Positions 17,916 through 28,052 are shown, counted from the first letter of the stretch. The stretch is DNA of 64,000 bases from Desulfobacterales bacterium (GCA_963674755.2 CAXXVS010000001.1:192001-256000), one strand, 5' to 3'. A program made the numbers and translations. The notes: generated by a model not told the origin, from the letters alone.

Positions 17916-20099
17916 TCATTGACAATCCTCATCAAGGTCTTTCAAAAGACCGTCCATTTCTGTCCGGTAGGCCTCCAACTCCCAATCACCTAGCATGTCC
18001 ATGGTCTTCAATTCCCCCTGCACCTTGGTGTACTGCCGCACATGAACCCTTTCATGGCGGAGGGCATTGTCCAGCAAGGAGCGGCCGGCCCATTTGCCAT
18101 CGCAAGCTTCCCACTCCGATAGAATGGCATCGGGATCCACGCTTTGGGTCAATTTGCCGTTTGCGTCATATTTTTCCAATACGATGTCTTTACCGCCGAT
18201 CTGCGCGTGGATTTCCGTTCCCAGAAAGTGCTCGCTCTGCTTATCAAAAACCGGGCATGTCTGGAGCAACGTTTTGACCCTTTCATCTTTGAGGGTGGCG
18301 TCGGTTAGAGTGGTTTGGTCGGCGGGCATGGTTGTGGCGCTATCGACGATCTCATCAAGGGTGCCGGCTACGTCCGCCCTCGTAGCTTCTGCAACCATGT
18401 CGATTTTTTCCTGAATGGAAAGATCCGTGTTGTCAGCGGCGTCCGGCACCAGTGCTTCGATTACCTGTTGGTAAGCGTATTGGCGGCCGTTTTCATTCGT
18501 AACAAAATCTTTAACAGCATCCCGAATGGTCTGATTGCCGTAAGCGGCCCGGACAATTTGGATATAATTGACCCGGTTTTGCATGTTGGCGCAGTCCCGC
18601 TCCTTGTTTTCAACGGTTAGGAAATCTTCCTGGGGTTGGGATGTTGGATCGTTTTCCGATAGCTGCCAACTCACCGTATAGGTCACATTCATGTTGCCGC
18701 CGGCCGGCGGTTTCAATGGTTTTTGATTTTGAGTTGCGGCAATATCGAAGATAGAGATGCCCAATGAAGGCGGGCATAGCCCCTGATCGTCCGCCTGCCA
18801 GGTGCGGGACCCAATAAGACGTCCGGAAGCCTGTGGTTCGGCCCGGATGCCGATGCGGCATCCGGGAAAACCCCGATCCACCGTTGTGTAGGCGCACGCC
18901 GTTTTTCCCGCATCTTTTTTTCGGCCACGAATCCGCTTTCGATCCCCTCCCGGTCCTAGTACCAATTCATAGTAGTCCGGCAGCGCCATGGCGCCTTTAA
19001 GAGCGGATAAAAATTTTTGCTTGTCTGCCGACAGGTTTTGCAGATAGGGCGCGGCTGAAGCGGAATAACGATGAACTTTAAACAAACTTTCCTCGGATAG
19101 TGGTATACTGCTCCCGCCATGATATTCGACAATCAAAGGGTCCTGGCAGTGGCCGGATGGTATGGGCTTCAGGCTCGTTCGTTGTTCGTTGTAAACATAG
19201 GACACGGTGCCACCTTCGACCCTGTAGGTCGTTGCGGGTTGAACGGCGCCGTAGGCGCCTTGAATGGTGGGGCTGGCCTCTTCCCAAATTTTCATTTGTC
19301 CTAATAGGTGCAGGCTAATCGATCCGGTATACGCATATTCGTCCGGCTCGGTCACCCTCCAGCGGACGGTGGCCTGGATAAAAGCATAAAGCCTGTCCGG
19401 CAGATCGTCGTGGATATCAAAGGCGCTTTCAGACGGAAAAGCGTCGTCCGAGGACGGGTCTTCAGTGTTCGGATCGTCATCCTTGGGCGGCGGGGAAGGA
19501 TCATCCGGCAGGTTGCCGCCGTCTTTTTTCTCCATGACGGAGCCCTGGCGATGCGGGAATTGGTAGCGACGAATCAAGTCGCCTTTGCCGATGGGCGTCC
19601 CCTCGATGGTGACGCTGCTATTGGCGGAGAGCTTTTTCTCCTTTGGGGCCGCGACAGGTTTCGTGGAATTTTGATAGCGCTGGGCCGTTTGCGGATCCAA
19701 GGATTTCTCGATAGACGACTTCAGGATCACGGCAAGGGTGACATATGTTCGGTCACCTTTGTCTTCCGCTTTGATCGTAAATGTGTTCCCCTGATGCCGC
19801 AGCATTACGGCACAGATTTTGCCGGCGGACATGATCTGGCCAGCCGGCCATCCTTTGGCCTGCATGGCCTGATGGTAGAATTCGACGGCCTCGGCAGGCG
19901 TGATATCCACCTCGAATTCGAAGCGCCCGGAGCCCTCGAATTGCTTTTCCTTTATAATTCGGGCCCCCTCGATCAGGGGGATATCGGTGCCCGCAAGGGT
20001 GGCGGCCTGACCTATGACCGGCAGGCCTGTTAACACGATGGCCAGGATTGCAGCGGCCTGAAAGAAGAGACTGATTCGCTTTTCAAAAGAATACGTCAT
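17916..20099 (-). CDS. Large secreted multidomain protein with C-terminal HExxH metallopeptidase-like motif
   Basis: Signal peptide; acidic Pro-rich linker; HERVHVRQY...ELEAY; alternative start at 20183. Confidence 0.7.
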   Translation of the reverse strand: MTYSFEKRISLFFQAAAILAIVLTGLPVIGQAATLAGTDIPLIEGARIIKEKQFEGSGRFEFEVDITPAEAVEFYHQAMQAKGWPAGQIMSAGKICAVMLRHQGNTFTIKAEDKGDRTYVTLAVILKSSIEKSLDPQTAQRYQNSTKPVAAPKEKKLSANSSVTIEGTPIGKGDLIRRYQFPHRQGSVMEKKDGGNLPDDPSPPPKDDDPNTEDPSSDDAFPSESAFDIHDDLPDRLYAFIQATVRWRVTEPDEYAYTGSISLHLLGQMKIWEEASPTIQGAYGAVQPATTYRVEGGTVSYVYNEQRTSLKPIPSGHCQDPLIVEYHGGSSIPLSEESLFKVHRYSASAAPYLQNLSADKQKFLSALKGAMALPDYYELVLGPGGDRKRIRGRKKDAGKTACAYTTVDRGFPGCRIGIRAEPQASGRLIGSRTWQADDQGLCPPSLGISIFDIAATQNQKPLKPPAGGNMNVTYTVSWQLSENDPTSQPQEDFLTVENKERDCANMQNRVNYIQIVRAAYGNQTIRDAVKDFVTNENGRQYAYQQVIEALVPDAADNTDLSIQEKIDMVAEATRADVAGTLDEIVDSATTMPADQTTLTDATLKDERVKTLLQTCPVFDKQSEHFLGTEIHAQIGGKDIVLEKYDANGKLTQSVDPDAILSEWEACDGKWAGRSLLDNALRHERVHVRQYTKVQGELKTMDMLGDWELEAYRTEMDGLLKDLDEDCQ

Positions 20100-20187
20100 T
20101 CGCTTGCGGCCTTTCGTCCTCTGGAAAAACACTATCGAAGTCACTGAGCATAGTTGACAAGTCAGACGAGCGTCTCCTTTCATATGA

Positions 20188-21699
20188 TTATTCCGCTAAG
20201 GGAAATGCCGCGCTAATGGTCTCGCTCTCTCCCGCGCTTATCGTAACCGCCTCGAATGTCAGAATCTGTTTCGTGTCACGGATATTGGTAATTTGCACCT
20301 GGTAAGTCCCTTCCGGCAGTTCGACGACGCGGGTACCATTCTTGGGCCAGTTGCTCCAGTTATCGAAAACCTTATTGCCGGCCGCGTCCTCGATTTTAAT
20401 CGGGGTCGCAAAGGGTTCCCCGTCGTGGGTCGCGACAATCGTCAGTTCGCCGGCCAGAAATTCGACGGTTTTTTCAACAGAACCGCCGGACGGGATTTCC
20501 ACATCTTCCATGACAACTTTGGGCTGACCGGCGATTCCACTGCCCCACACCTCGAAACGATAGATGCCGGGTACCAACCGCCTGTTCAACTTCCCCGTAG
20601 AAGAATTGGTATTTTCGTTGTGGAAGTGCTTTTTATCGCCCTGGTGATAATAGAAAACGTTCCCACTGAAAGGCTTACCGTTGAGCAGGGTGGTGATAAA
20701 AAAGGTGCCGTCCGAAAAATCAGCCGTGCGCTCCACCGTTTCGCCGGCCACGATGACAATCTCTTTAAAACGCACCGTCGGGGTCTGGCCGCCGCTGACA
20801 CCCGTGTCCTTAAGTTCCGCCGTATAGGTGCCGGGTTCCAGTCGTATCGCCACCCTTCCGGTTTCCCCGGATGTACTGTCCTTCGCCCATTGCTTGCCGC
20901 TTGCCGGATCGGTCAGGGTGATAAACGTACGGAAGGGCTTGCCGTTCTTGGTGGCGGTAACCTGGAGGATCCCGTAGGGCGGGGTGGCCTTTTGCACCAC
21001 CTCCTGAGCCGCCGCCAGGAATTCGCCGGCATTGCCGGCCGTGTAATATTGCCCGCCGCCTTCCCGGGCCATGCATTCCAATTGCTCCCGCTCTTCTTCG
21101 GTGACATCGAACCCGATGACATGCATGACAAACTGGATGCCGGCCGCCTTCAAGTCTTTCACCAGGCCGCAGGGATCCGGATCGCAGGTTTCCTTGCCGT
21201 CGGACACCAGAATGATGGTGGTCGTATCCTCCAGGTGTTTGATGCGCTCGGCGGTGAGCCGCACCGACCGGCTGATGGGGGTCTTGCCCTTGGGGCTCAG
21301 GGCCTGGATCCGGCCCACCATCTTCTCCTTGTCCAGCGGTCCCAGGGGGATCAGTTCCTCCACGTCGTCGCAGTCACCCTTGCGGCGGTGGCCGTAGGCC
21401 ACCAGCCCCACCACGGCATCGTCCGGCAGCTCTGTCACCAGACCGGTGAGCACTTCCTTGGCAATGGCGATTTTGGCCTGATCTTCCACCTGGCCCCACA
21501 TGGAGCCCGATGCGTCCAGGATGAAAACGATGTTCCCGGCCGTTGCGGCGGCCGCCCTGTTTTCGGAGCCGATGGCCTGGTCCTGGGCACTGGCGGCCGT
21601 ATCGGCTACCACCGTGCTTCCCGCTGCTGCAGAAGCGAGAGAGAACAGCAACGCGAACATTGCCGCGAACCCGGTCAGGATCATATGGCGTGTCAGCAT
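20188..21699 (-). CDS. Secreted vWA domain protein with repeated C-terminal beta-sandwich domains
   Basis: ILDASGSMWG; AYGHR..GDC.D; P.G.TPI; VSDG.ETC..DPC; three G.PF...L.PG.Y repeats. Confidence 0.9.
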   Translation of the reverse strand: MLTRHMILTGFAAMFALLFSLASAAAGSTVVADTAASAQDQAIGSENRAAAATAGNIVFILDASGSMWGQVEDQAKIAIAKEVLTGLVTELPDDAVVGLVAYGHRRKGDCDDVEELIPLGPLDKEKMVGRIQALSPKGKTPISRSVRLTAERIKHLEDTTTIILVSDGKETCDPDPCGLVKDLKAAGIQFVMHVIGFDVTEEEREQLECMAREGGGQYYTAGNAGEFLAAAQEVVQKATPPYGILQVTATKNGKPFRTFITLTDPASGKQWAKDSTSGETGRVAIRLEPGTYTAELKDTGVSGGQTPTVRFKEIVIVAGETVERTADFSDGTFFITTLLNGKPFSGNVFYYHQGDKKHFHNENTNSSTGKLNRRLVPGIYRFEVWGSGIAGQPKVVMEDVEIPSGGSVEKTVEFLAGELTIVATHDGEPFATPIKIEDAAGNKVFDNWSNWPKNGTRVVELPEGTYQVQITNIRDTKQILTFEAVTISAGESETISAAFPLAE

Positions 21700-21736
21700 A
21701 ACGGTCTCCTTAGTATGGGGTTCCAGTTGCCGGTCC

Positions 21737-23803
21737 CTAACGCGTGTTTAAAGATTCCAGCATCTCGACGATGGCTTGGCGGTTTTTCTGTTCAAAAGGT
21801 TTCTCGCCGCGCTGCGGCGCCCGGGCCCAATCCAGGGCGGTCTGGCCGCTGCCATCCCGGGCGTCGATGTCGGCGCCGTGGTCCAGGTAGAATTTCAGCG
21901 GCTCAAGCCACGCTTTTTGGGCGGCGTGCATCAAAAGGGTTGTGCCGCTTTTGCTGATGGGCTTGTTGACATCCGCTCCTTTTGAAAAAAGGATTGCGAG
22001 GGTTTCCCGGACACCGGGTTCGAACATGCCATTCTTGGTTTTAAAGGCCAATTTCCAGACAGCGGTTTCCTCGTTGACCGGGGCGCCCGCCTCCACCAGC
22101 ACCGCGATCACCGCCTGCCAGTGTTTGCGGTTGCTCTGGGCCTGGGAAAGGGCGTCGTTGCCGGAACGGTCCCGGTAGGCCAGATCGCCGCCCCGGGCGA
22201 TGATCATTTTGACCATGTCGGCCGTGCTCAGATTGGCCGCTTTTTGCAGCAGGGGGGCGCCGTAGACCCGGGCATTGGGGTCCATCCCGTTGTCGATCTG
22301 TTCCCGGACGGTGGCGATGTCGCCATCGTTAAAGGCCTGGATAATGATTTTTGTTGCGGCCTTGTCGAGGCCGGCCGCGTTTGATCCCGGCGTGGTTTTC
22401 GAAGCGCGGCCGACGGAGGCGTTTGGCTGGGTGCGAACGATCTTCGGCGCTGAAGGCGGTTTGGCGGCCGCCGGGGGATCGTTTGCCGCACGTGCTTCTT
22501 TGGGGGCTGCGGCCGGCTGTTCGGCGCGATATGCGACCCCGTCGTTTTCTCCGGCAACACTGATTTCGCATGTCCGAATCTGCTGCTCTGCCGCAAACGG
22601 GAAGGTTTCGCTGACGCCATTAGCAATGCGGCACTTTTTTTCGAAGACCTGGTCCTGATAGTCGCGCCGAAAGCATTTGAGGGTCACCACGGACGCCGGT
22701 GCATCCTGGCTGTCGCCGGTTACCGTGATGGTCGTGGGCCGGGCGGGGTCGAGGCTGATCCCTGTGGCGCCCAGGATGCTCAGATGCAGATAGCCTTCTT
22801 GGATTTTTCGGCCCCTATCGAACGCGAACGGATCGGCTTCGTTGGTCACGGTGGCATAAACGAGCCCCTCTTCGACCTGAACGGACACCCAGGCGGTTTT
22901 TTTCGCCTTTTCGATCTCCAAACGTTTGGTTTGTCCTTTTTTGACGAGGTCCACTGGGTGGGGTGGGGCGGCATCCCAAGCGCCGTCTTCGGGGATGATG
23001 CGGTAGCGGCATATTGATCGATCGGTAAGGTTTTTAAGAACAAGTTTGAGCGGCCTGTGAGGGTCGACGGCCACCTGAATTTCTCCTCCCTTACCGATAC
23101 GGCGCCCCCAGGGTGCGGTGCCTTTGACGGTTCGGGTAATGGCCGGTTTGTCCTTCCTGGCCGGGGTCGGCCGTTCTTCCTTGGCGTATTCTTCGGGAAT
23201 TGCAAAAACCGATGCGTCGATCGATCCCGCCTCAATGTTGCTCAGTTCCAGGGTCACATCCCGGATATTGGTTTTGACCTCGAAGGCGCCATCTTTACGA
23301 CCGCTGATGATATGGGCTTTGACCGGGAAAGCGCCCAGCTCTCCGGCGAACCACACATCCGCCAGTTTGGCGTCCTGGTCGTAAAACCCATCGTGATCGC
23401 AGGCATAGCCCGCGATCGTGTCCGTGCCGATCCTCCGCCGGGTGACATTTTCCTGCAGGTAGGTGATGGCTTGAAAGGGATCTATCAAGTAGGCGCGCGG
23501 AGAGAAGTTTTCAAACGTGTCATAGGTGCGGTTATTGGGGTTGAGAAGCAGCGTTTCCCCTTTGGTGCGATCCACGAGCACGACGGGTCCTTTGGCAACG
23601 CTGTCACCCGCGACGGTCAAATCCATCAGGTAGCGACCATCGGTTGCGTAAATTTTGCCTGTCACATCGCTGTCGAAAATCCGTGCCGTAATGTCGGCCG
23701 TAAAATCCTTTCCCCAGGTGGATCGGCCGGCCAGCAAGATCCCTAAAAAGAAGAGAAAAAAACGACAACCGATTCGTATTCCCCCAGGTTTCGTTCGCGT
23801 CAT
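21737..23803 (-). CDS. Secreted DUF4412-like plus ankyrin-repeat protein
   Basis: F.AD...G.DTI.GY.C; S.F.IP.EY; ankyrin G.TLLM.AA...GADI.ARD..GQTALDWA. Confidence 0.8.
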   Translation of the reverse strand: MTRTKPGGIRIGCRFFLFFLGILLAGRSTWGKDFTADITARIFDSDVTGKIYATDGRYLMDLTVAGDSVAKGPVVLVDRTKGETLLLNPNNRTYDTFENFSPRAYLIDPFQAITYLQENVTRRRIGTDTIAGYACDHDGFYDQDAKLADVWFAGELGAFPVKAHIISGRKDGAFEVKTNIRDVTLELSNIEAGSIDASVFAIPEEYAKEERPTPARKDKPAITRTVKGTAPWGRRIGKGGEIQVAVDPHRPLKLVLKNLTDRSICRYRIIPEDGAWDAAPPHPVDLVKKGQTKRLEIEKAKKTAWVSVQVEEGLVYATVTNEADPFAFDRGRKIQEGYLHLSILGATGISLDPARPTTITVTGDSQDAPASVVTLKCFRRDYQDQVFEKKCRIANGVSETFPFAAEQQIRTCEISVAGENDGVAYRAEQPAAAPKEARAANDPPAAAKPPSAPKIVRTQPNASVGRASKTTPGSNAAGLDKAATKIIIQAFNDGDIATVREQIDNGMDPNARVYGAPLLQKAANLSTADMVKMIIARGGDLAYRDRSGNDALSQAQSNRKHWQAVIAVLVEAGAPVNEETAVWKLAFKTKNGMFEPGVRETLAILFSKGADVNKPISKSGTTLLMHAAQKAWLEPLKFYLDHGADIDARDGSGQTALDWARAPQRGEKPFEQKNRQAIVEMLESLNTR

Positions 23804-24015
23804 CAGGCGCCCTTTCCTGGCTTCTTCGGCCTGTTAGATTTGACCTTTCCCGGCGGGTCCTTTCTATTTGGACCCGTTGCCGAAACCGCCTGACACATCC
23901 CGGCCAGGCTGTTGAACGAATGCTGTTGGCCGGTATCGATATTCTCGACGATACCCACAAGGTTTTCCGGCTCATCCGGGCTACGTCGATAGATGCGAAT
24001 GAGGTAACTGTCCAT
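23803..24015 (-). CDS. Small hypothetical protein; first gene of the cluster
   Basis: MDSYLIRIYRR...LVGIVE...G..HSF; TGATG coupling to the next gene. Confidence 0.7.
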   Translation of the reverse strand: MDSYLIRIYRRSPDEPENLVGIVENIDTGQQHSFNSLAGMCQAVSATGPNRKDPPGKVKSNRPKKPGKGA

Positions 24016-24090
24016 GGACTTGAAGACTTGCTAAATTTTTAAAATTGACCGAGTATCGATCCGATACCTTCATAGGGTATCTGCCGCCTA

Positions 24091-24128
24091 TCACGGCCGG
24101 GGTCACGGATCGGTCACCGATGGCACGG
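24091..24128. promoter_or_regulatory. Direct repeats (GGTCAC x2 at 11-bp spacing plus degenerate copies); putative site for the BTAD regulator
   Basis: tcacgg 24091, ggtcac 24101 and 24112, ggcacgg 24122 in the divergent intergenic region. Confidence 0.5.
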
Positions 24129-24249
24129 GTTTGCGTTCTTTTTCGAAAGAATGGAACAGATTGACAATTGGCGTTACACTGAATGACGGGAGGCCATAGG
24201 AAGCATACGCTGGTTTCGTATCATAACTAAATCGAGGTAAAACCTGATC

Positions 24250-27200
24250 ATGGGAATGACGCGACCGCTCATCAGCAAGATCGCTCCCCCTGAACTGCCC
24301 GCAGTCGTTCGGCGGCAAGCGCTGTTTGAGGTGTTGGACCGGAAGGCCCACTATTCAGCGACCTGGATTTCCGGGGCCGCAGGGGCCGGAAAGACAACCC
24401 TTGTGGCCAGTTTTCTGGCGCGCCAAAAGCTTCCCTTTGTCTGGTATCGGGTCGATGCCGGTGACGGCGACCTGCCCACCTTCTTTTATTACCTCGGCCA
24501 GGCCGTCAAAAGGGTTTCCCCCCGAAAACGAAAACCCCTGCCGCTTCTCACGCCCGAGTATCTACCGGGCGCCGCTGTTTTTGCCATCCGGTTTTTTGAG
24601 AACGTGAGTACCCGGCTTGACCAGCCGCTTTACATGGTATTCGACGATTTCCAGAACGTGGAGCCCTTCCCCATTTTTCAGGAAGTCTTTAAAACCGGGC
24701 TGCTGAAGCTTGCCGCGAACATTCACGTGTTGATCATGAGCCGTTCAGACCCGCCCCTGGGTTTGGTTCCCCTGCTGGCCAATAACCGGATGCGCAAAAT
24801 CAATGCCGCCATGCTGCGGTTCAGTCTCAAGGAAACCGGTGCAATCCTCCGCCTGGAAACCGGCTGCTCCGTGACTTCCGGGATTACCCGCCAGTTGTAT
24901 GAAAAAACCAGGGGTTGGGCGGCGGGGATTGTTCTGATGGCCAAGAGCTTGCCGGACAGGCAATGGTCATCGGCCAGCCTGGCACCCGTTATACCATCCA
25001 CCATCTTCGACTACTTTTCCAGCGAACTGTTTGGTAAGTTGGAGGCGTCGGTCAGGGATTTTTTGCTGAAAACCTCCTTTTTGCCCTGGATGACCGCTGC
25101 CATGGCAAATGCCTTTACCGGAAATGCGGATGCCGACCGCATTTTAGCCTGCCTGCAGCGTAAGAACCTCTTTACGGAAAAGTCTTCCGACGATCCCCCC
25201 ACCTATCGGTACCATGCGCTTTTTCATCGCTTTTTGATCGCCCAAGCCGCGGATACGCTGGGGGCGGAGACCGGGGCGGAATTGAAACGCCGCGCCGCGC
25301 GGGTGTTGCAGGACGCTGGCCTGGTGGAAGAGGCGGCCTTACGGTTGGTCGATGTGGGCGACATCCCCGGTTTGGCCCGATTACTCCACGCGCACGCCTT
25401 GATGCTGTTCGATCAGGGGCGCCACAAGCCTATTGCCGACTGGCTGGGTCAAATTCCCGACCCTGTTATCGACGAGCATCCCTGGCTGCTCTATTGGCGG
25501 GGGACCGCCCGGCAGTATGCGGACGCGGTACGCGCACGAAAGGATTTGGTCGGTGCATTTGAGCGGTTCGAGCAGGGCCGTGACGAACGCGGGCTTTTAC
25601 TCGCCTGGGCCGGCATCGTGCAATGCATCATCAACGAATGGAACGACTTTCACGATATCGATCCATGGCTTGATTGGCTGGAACGCTGGATCCGGGTCGC
25701 CGGCGCTTATCCCTCCCCGCAGATTGAGGCGCAAATTGTGTACGCCAGGGCCGTGGCCGAATTGATCCGGCGCCCCACGTCGGAGACCATCCAACCGGGC
25801 TTCCAGAAAGCCCTGTCTCTGGCCCGCAAGTCCGGCGACGCTGGTCTTGAATTGCAGGTCATCGGCTGGGCCATGACCTATCAGGCGTGGATGGGCCGTT
25901 TTGACGAAGTCGAGGTCATCCGCAAGACGTCCAAAATGTTGGCTAAAAGGCGTCAGTCCCAGCCGGCCCAGGTGATTCAGTGGAAATGGATCGATATCGC
26001 CACCCGGCTTTACACGATGCGCGGCCGGGAATCCATCCTGGATGAGCTCGCCGAGGCGATCAATCTGGTCCGTAAGACCGGTCTTTATACGTGGGAGCAC
26101 AAATTTTTCATGCCGGGCATCTTTGCCGCCCTGCTGCTGTCCGATTTCAAAACCGCGGACAGGTTTTTAAAACGTTTCGAGGCGGTTCTCAATCCGGCCC
26201 ACTACCATGCCTATACGATCTATCACCACTTTGCCGGCTTGTATGAGCTGCTGACCGGCAATACGGCTCAGGCCCGAACCCATGCCGAAACCGCCCTTCG
26301 GATTGCCGACGAAACAGGATACAAGCTGGCATGTGTGATCTGCCGAATCCAATTGGCCTATATCCGCCATTTGCACGGAGACAGCGACCAGGCGCTGGAG
26401 ACGCTTGACGCGGCGGGTGACATGATGCGGCAGAGCCAAAGCGCGGTGTTCGTATTCATGGAAATGATTGTGCGGGCCCAAATGGCGTTTGATCGGGAGG
26501 ATGAGCGGGGGGGCCTTACGTATCTAGAACGTGCTTTCGGACTGGGACGCCGGCATCAATTCCTGACCATGGTCTGGTGGTGGCATCCCGGGCTGATAGC
26601 GTATTTGTGCGGACAGGCCCTCGTCCATGGCATCGAAACCGATTATGTTAAAACGCTCATCCAAACCCACCGGCTGGCGCCGGATCCACAGTTTGAAGGC
26701 CTTGTGGACTGGCCGTGGGCCCTTCAGGTGCGGACGTTCGGCAGCTTTCAATTGCGGCGCGACGGAAAGCCGCTGCCCTTCAGCGGCAAAGTCCAGAAGC
26801 GTCCCCTTGAATTGCTTAAATTTTTAAGCGCCAGGGGAGGGCAGGGGGTGCCCCTCGACAGCATTACGGATACCCTCTGGCCGGATGCCGACGGGGATAT
26901 GGCAGCCAGCGCGTTTTCATCGGCACTGAGCCGGCTGCGCAAATTGATCGGTGTCAAAGAGGCCATCACCCTGACCAACGGCCAGGTCTTTTTCAATCCC
27001 CGTTACCTGTGGGTCGACGTTAATGTTTTCGAAACGGCCATTCGCCGGGGACGACGTTTGAAGGGCCGCGCCAAGGGACGGGAGAGCCTTGAGTGGTTCG
27101 AAAGCGCGATTGACGCCTATCGCGGCCCTTTTTTGAACGATGAAAGTGGCGCCCCCTGGGTCATCGCCGCCCGCGAACGACTGAAAAACATGTTCCTGGA

Positions 27201-27474
27201 TGTATTAAAGGAGGCGGGCCGATCGCGTGAAGCGGCCGATGAATACGACCAGGCGATTGTGTGGTATCAAAAAGGCTTGGTCACCGATCCGCTGGAGGAG
27301 TATTTTTACCAACGGCTGATGACCTGCTATTATCGCCAGGGATGCTATGCGGAAGCGGCCCGCGTTTACGAACGCTGCCGGGTGGTGCTGAAAACCCATT
27401 TCGACGTCCCGCCGGCAAGGGCGACCTTGGATCTTTACCAACGCATACGGAACAGGGATCCCGTGCGTGCCTGA
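24250..27474 (+). CDS. MalT-like STAND ATPase transcriptional regulator with C-terminal winged-helix and BTAD (SARP-type) domains
   Basis: SKI.PP; Walker A GAAGAGKTT; FDDFQ; T.GW.AG; TYRYH.LF; V.TFG.F; LWPD.DGD; WVD...F; DPL.E..YQRLM. Confidence 0.9.
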   Translation: MGMTRPLISKIAPPELPAVVRRQALFEVLDRKAHYSATWISGAAGAGKTTLVASFLARQKLPFVWYRVDAGDGDLPTFFYYLGQAVKRVSPRKRKPLPLLTPEYLPGAAVFAIRFFENVSTRLDQPLYMVFDDFQNVEPFPIFQEVFKTGLLKLAANIHVLIMSRSDPPLGLVPLLANNRMRKINAAMLRFSLKETGAILRLETGCSVTSGITRQLYEKTRGWAAGIVLMAKSLPDRQWSSASLAPVIPSTIFDYFSSELFGKLEASVRDFLLKTSFLPWMTAAMANAFTGNADADRILACLQRKNLFTEKSSDDPPTYRYHALFHRFLIAQAADTLGAETGAELKRRAARVLQDAGLVEEAALRLVDVGDIPGLARLLHAHALMLFDQGRHKPIADWLGQIPDPVIDEHPWLLYWRGTARQYADAVRARKDLVGAFERFEQGRDERGLLLAWAGIVQCIINEWNDFHDIDPWLDWLERWIRVAGAYPSPQIEAQIVYARAVAELIRRPTSETIQPGFQKALSLARKSGDAGLELQVIGWAMTYQAWMGRFDEVEVIRKTSKMLAKRRQSQPAQVIQWKWIDIATRLYTMRGRESILDELAEAINLVRKTGLYTWEHKFFMPGIFAALLLSDFKTADRFLKRFEAVLNPAHYHAYTIYHHFAGLYELLTGNTAQARTHAETALRIADETGYKLACVICRIQLAYIRHLHGDSDQALETLDAAGDMMRQSQSAVFVFMEMIVRAQMAFDREDERGGLTYLERAFGLGRRHQFLTMVWWWHPGLIAYLCGQALVHGIETDYVKTLIQTHRLAPDPQFEGLVDWPWALQVRTFGSFQLRRDGKPLPFSGKVQKRPLELLKFLSARGGQGVPLDSITDTLWPDADGDMAASAFSSALSRLRKLIGVKEAITLTNGQVFFNPRYLWVDVNVFETAIRRGRRLKGRAKGRESLEWFESAIDAYRGPFLNDESGAPWVIAARERLKNMFLDVLKEAGRSREAADEYDQAIVWYQKGLVTDPLEEYFYQRLMTCYYRQGCYAEAARVYERCRVVLKTHFDVPPARATLDLYQRIRNRDPVRA

Positions 27475-27484
27475 AGGAGAAACG

Positions 27485-27808
27485 ATGTTTAAAGCGCAAG
27501 AGGATACCGGTTATCGGAAGGTGATCGAGGGCATCCGCATGAAAACGCTGGTTTACGGGGCCAAAACCCTGATGGCGGAGTTCCGCCTGTCCCAAGGCGC
27601 CGACCTGCCGGCTCACCAGCACCCCCACGAACAGACCGGCTATCTCGTGAGCGGCCGGATCGACCTCACCATCGACGGCAGCGTGCATGCGGTGCGCCCC
27701 GGGGACAGCTGGTGCATCCCCGGCGGTGTGACCCATTCGGCCAAGGTGCATGAGGACGCCGTGGCGGTGGAGGTTTTCGCCCCGGTTCGTGAGGACTATC
27801 TTCCCTGA
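27485..27808 (+). CDS. Cupin domain protein
   Basis: PAHQHPHEQ.GY; PGDSW.IP.GV.H; VF.PVREDY. Confidence 0.9.
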   Translation: MFKAQEDTGYRKVIEGIRMKTLVYGAKTLMAEFRLSQGADLPAHQHPHEQTGYLVSGRIDLTIDGSVHAVRPGDSWCIPGGVTHSAKVHEDAVAVEVFAPVREDYLP

Positions 27809-28052
27809 AATAACCGAACGACGGCGGCCTTTCCCGATCACGACGGCGGCGCCCGCCCCGGTCCCTGCGGCCAGTTGCGTCGGGCGGCGTTACCGTACCA
27901 TGGATGCGTGCCGTGGCGGCCGCTTGGGCCAGGGACCGCATCGGCGGCGGGTGGCCCGGCCCACAAAAAAAGGTTCCCCTGGGCAGCACTTTCTGATATC
28001 GACACCCCTTCAAACCGACACAATCCGACCATCTTTCCGTCAGGAGTTCCGG

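Noticed and set aside
20293..21957. Long antisense ORFs (also 4330-5673, 11247-12584, 29707-31659, 42433-43410, 49294-50973)
   Set aside because: They mirror well-supported genes on the opposite strand, as expected from GC-rich codon bias, and have no recognisable motifs.
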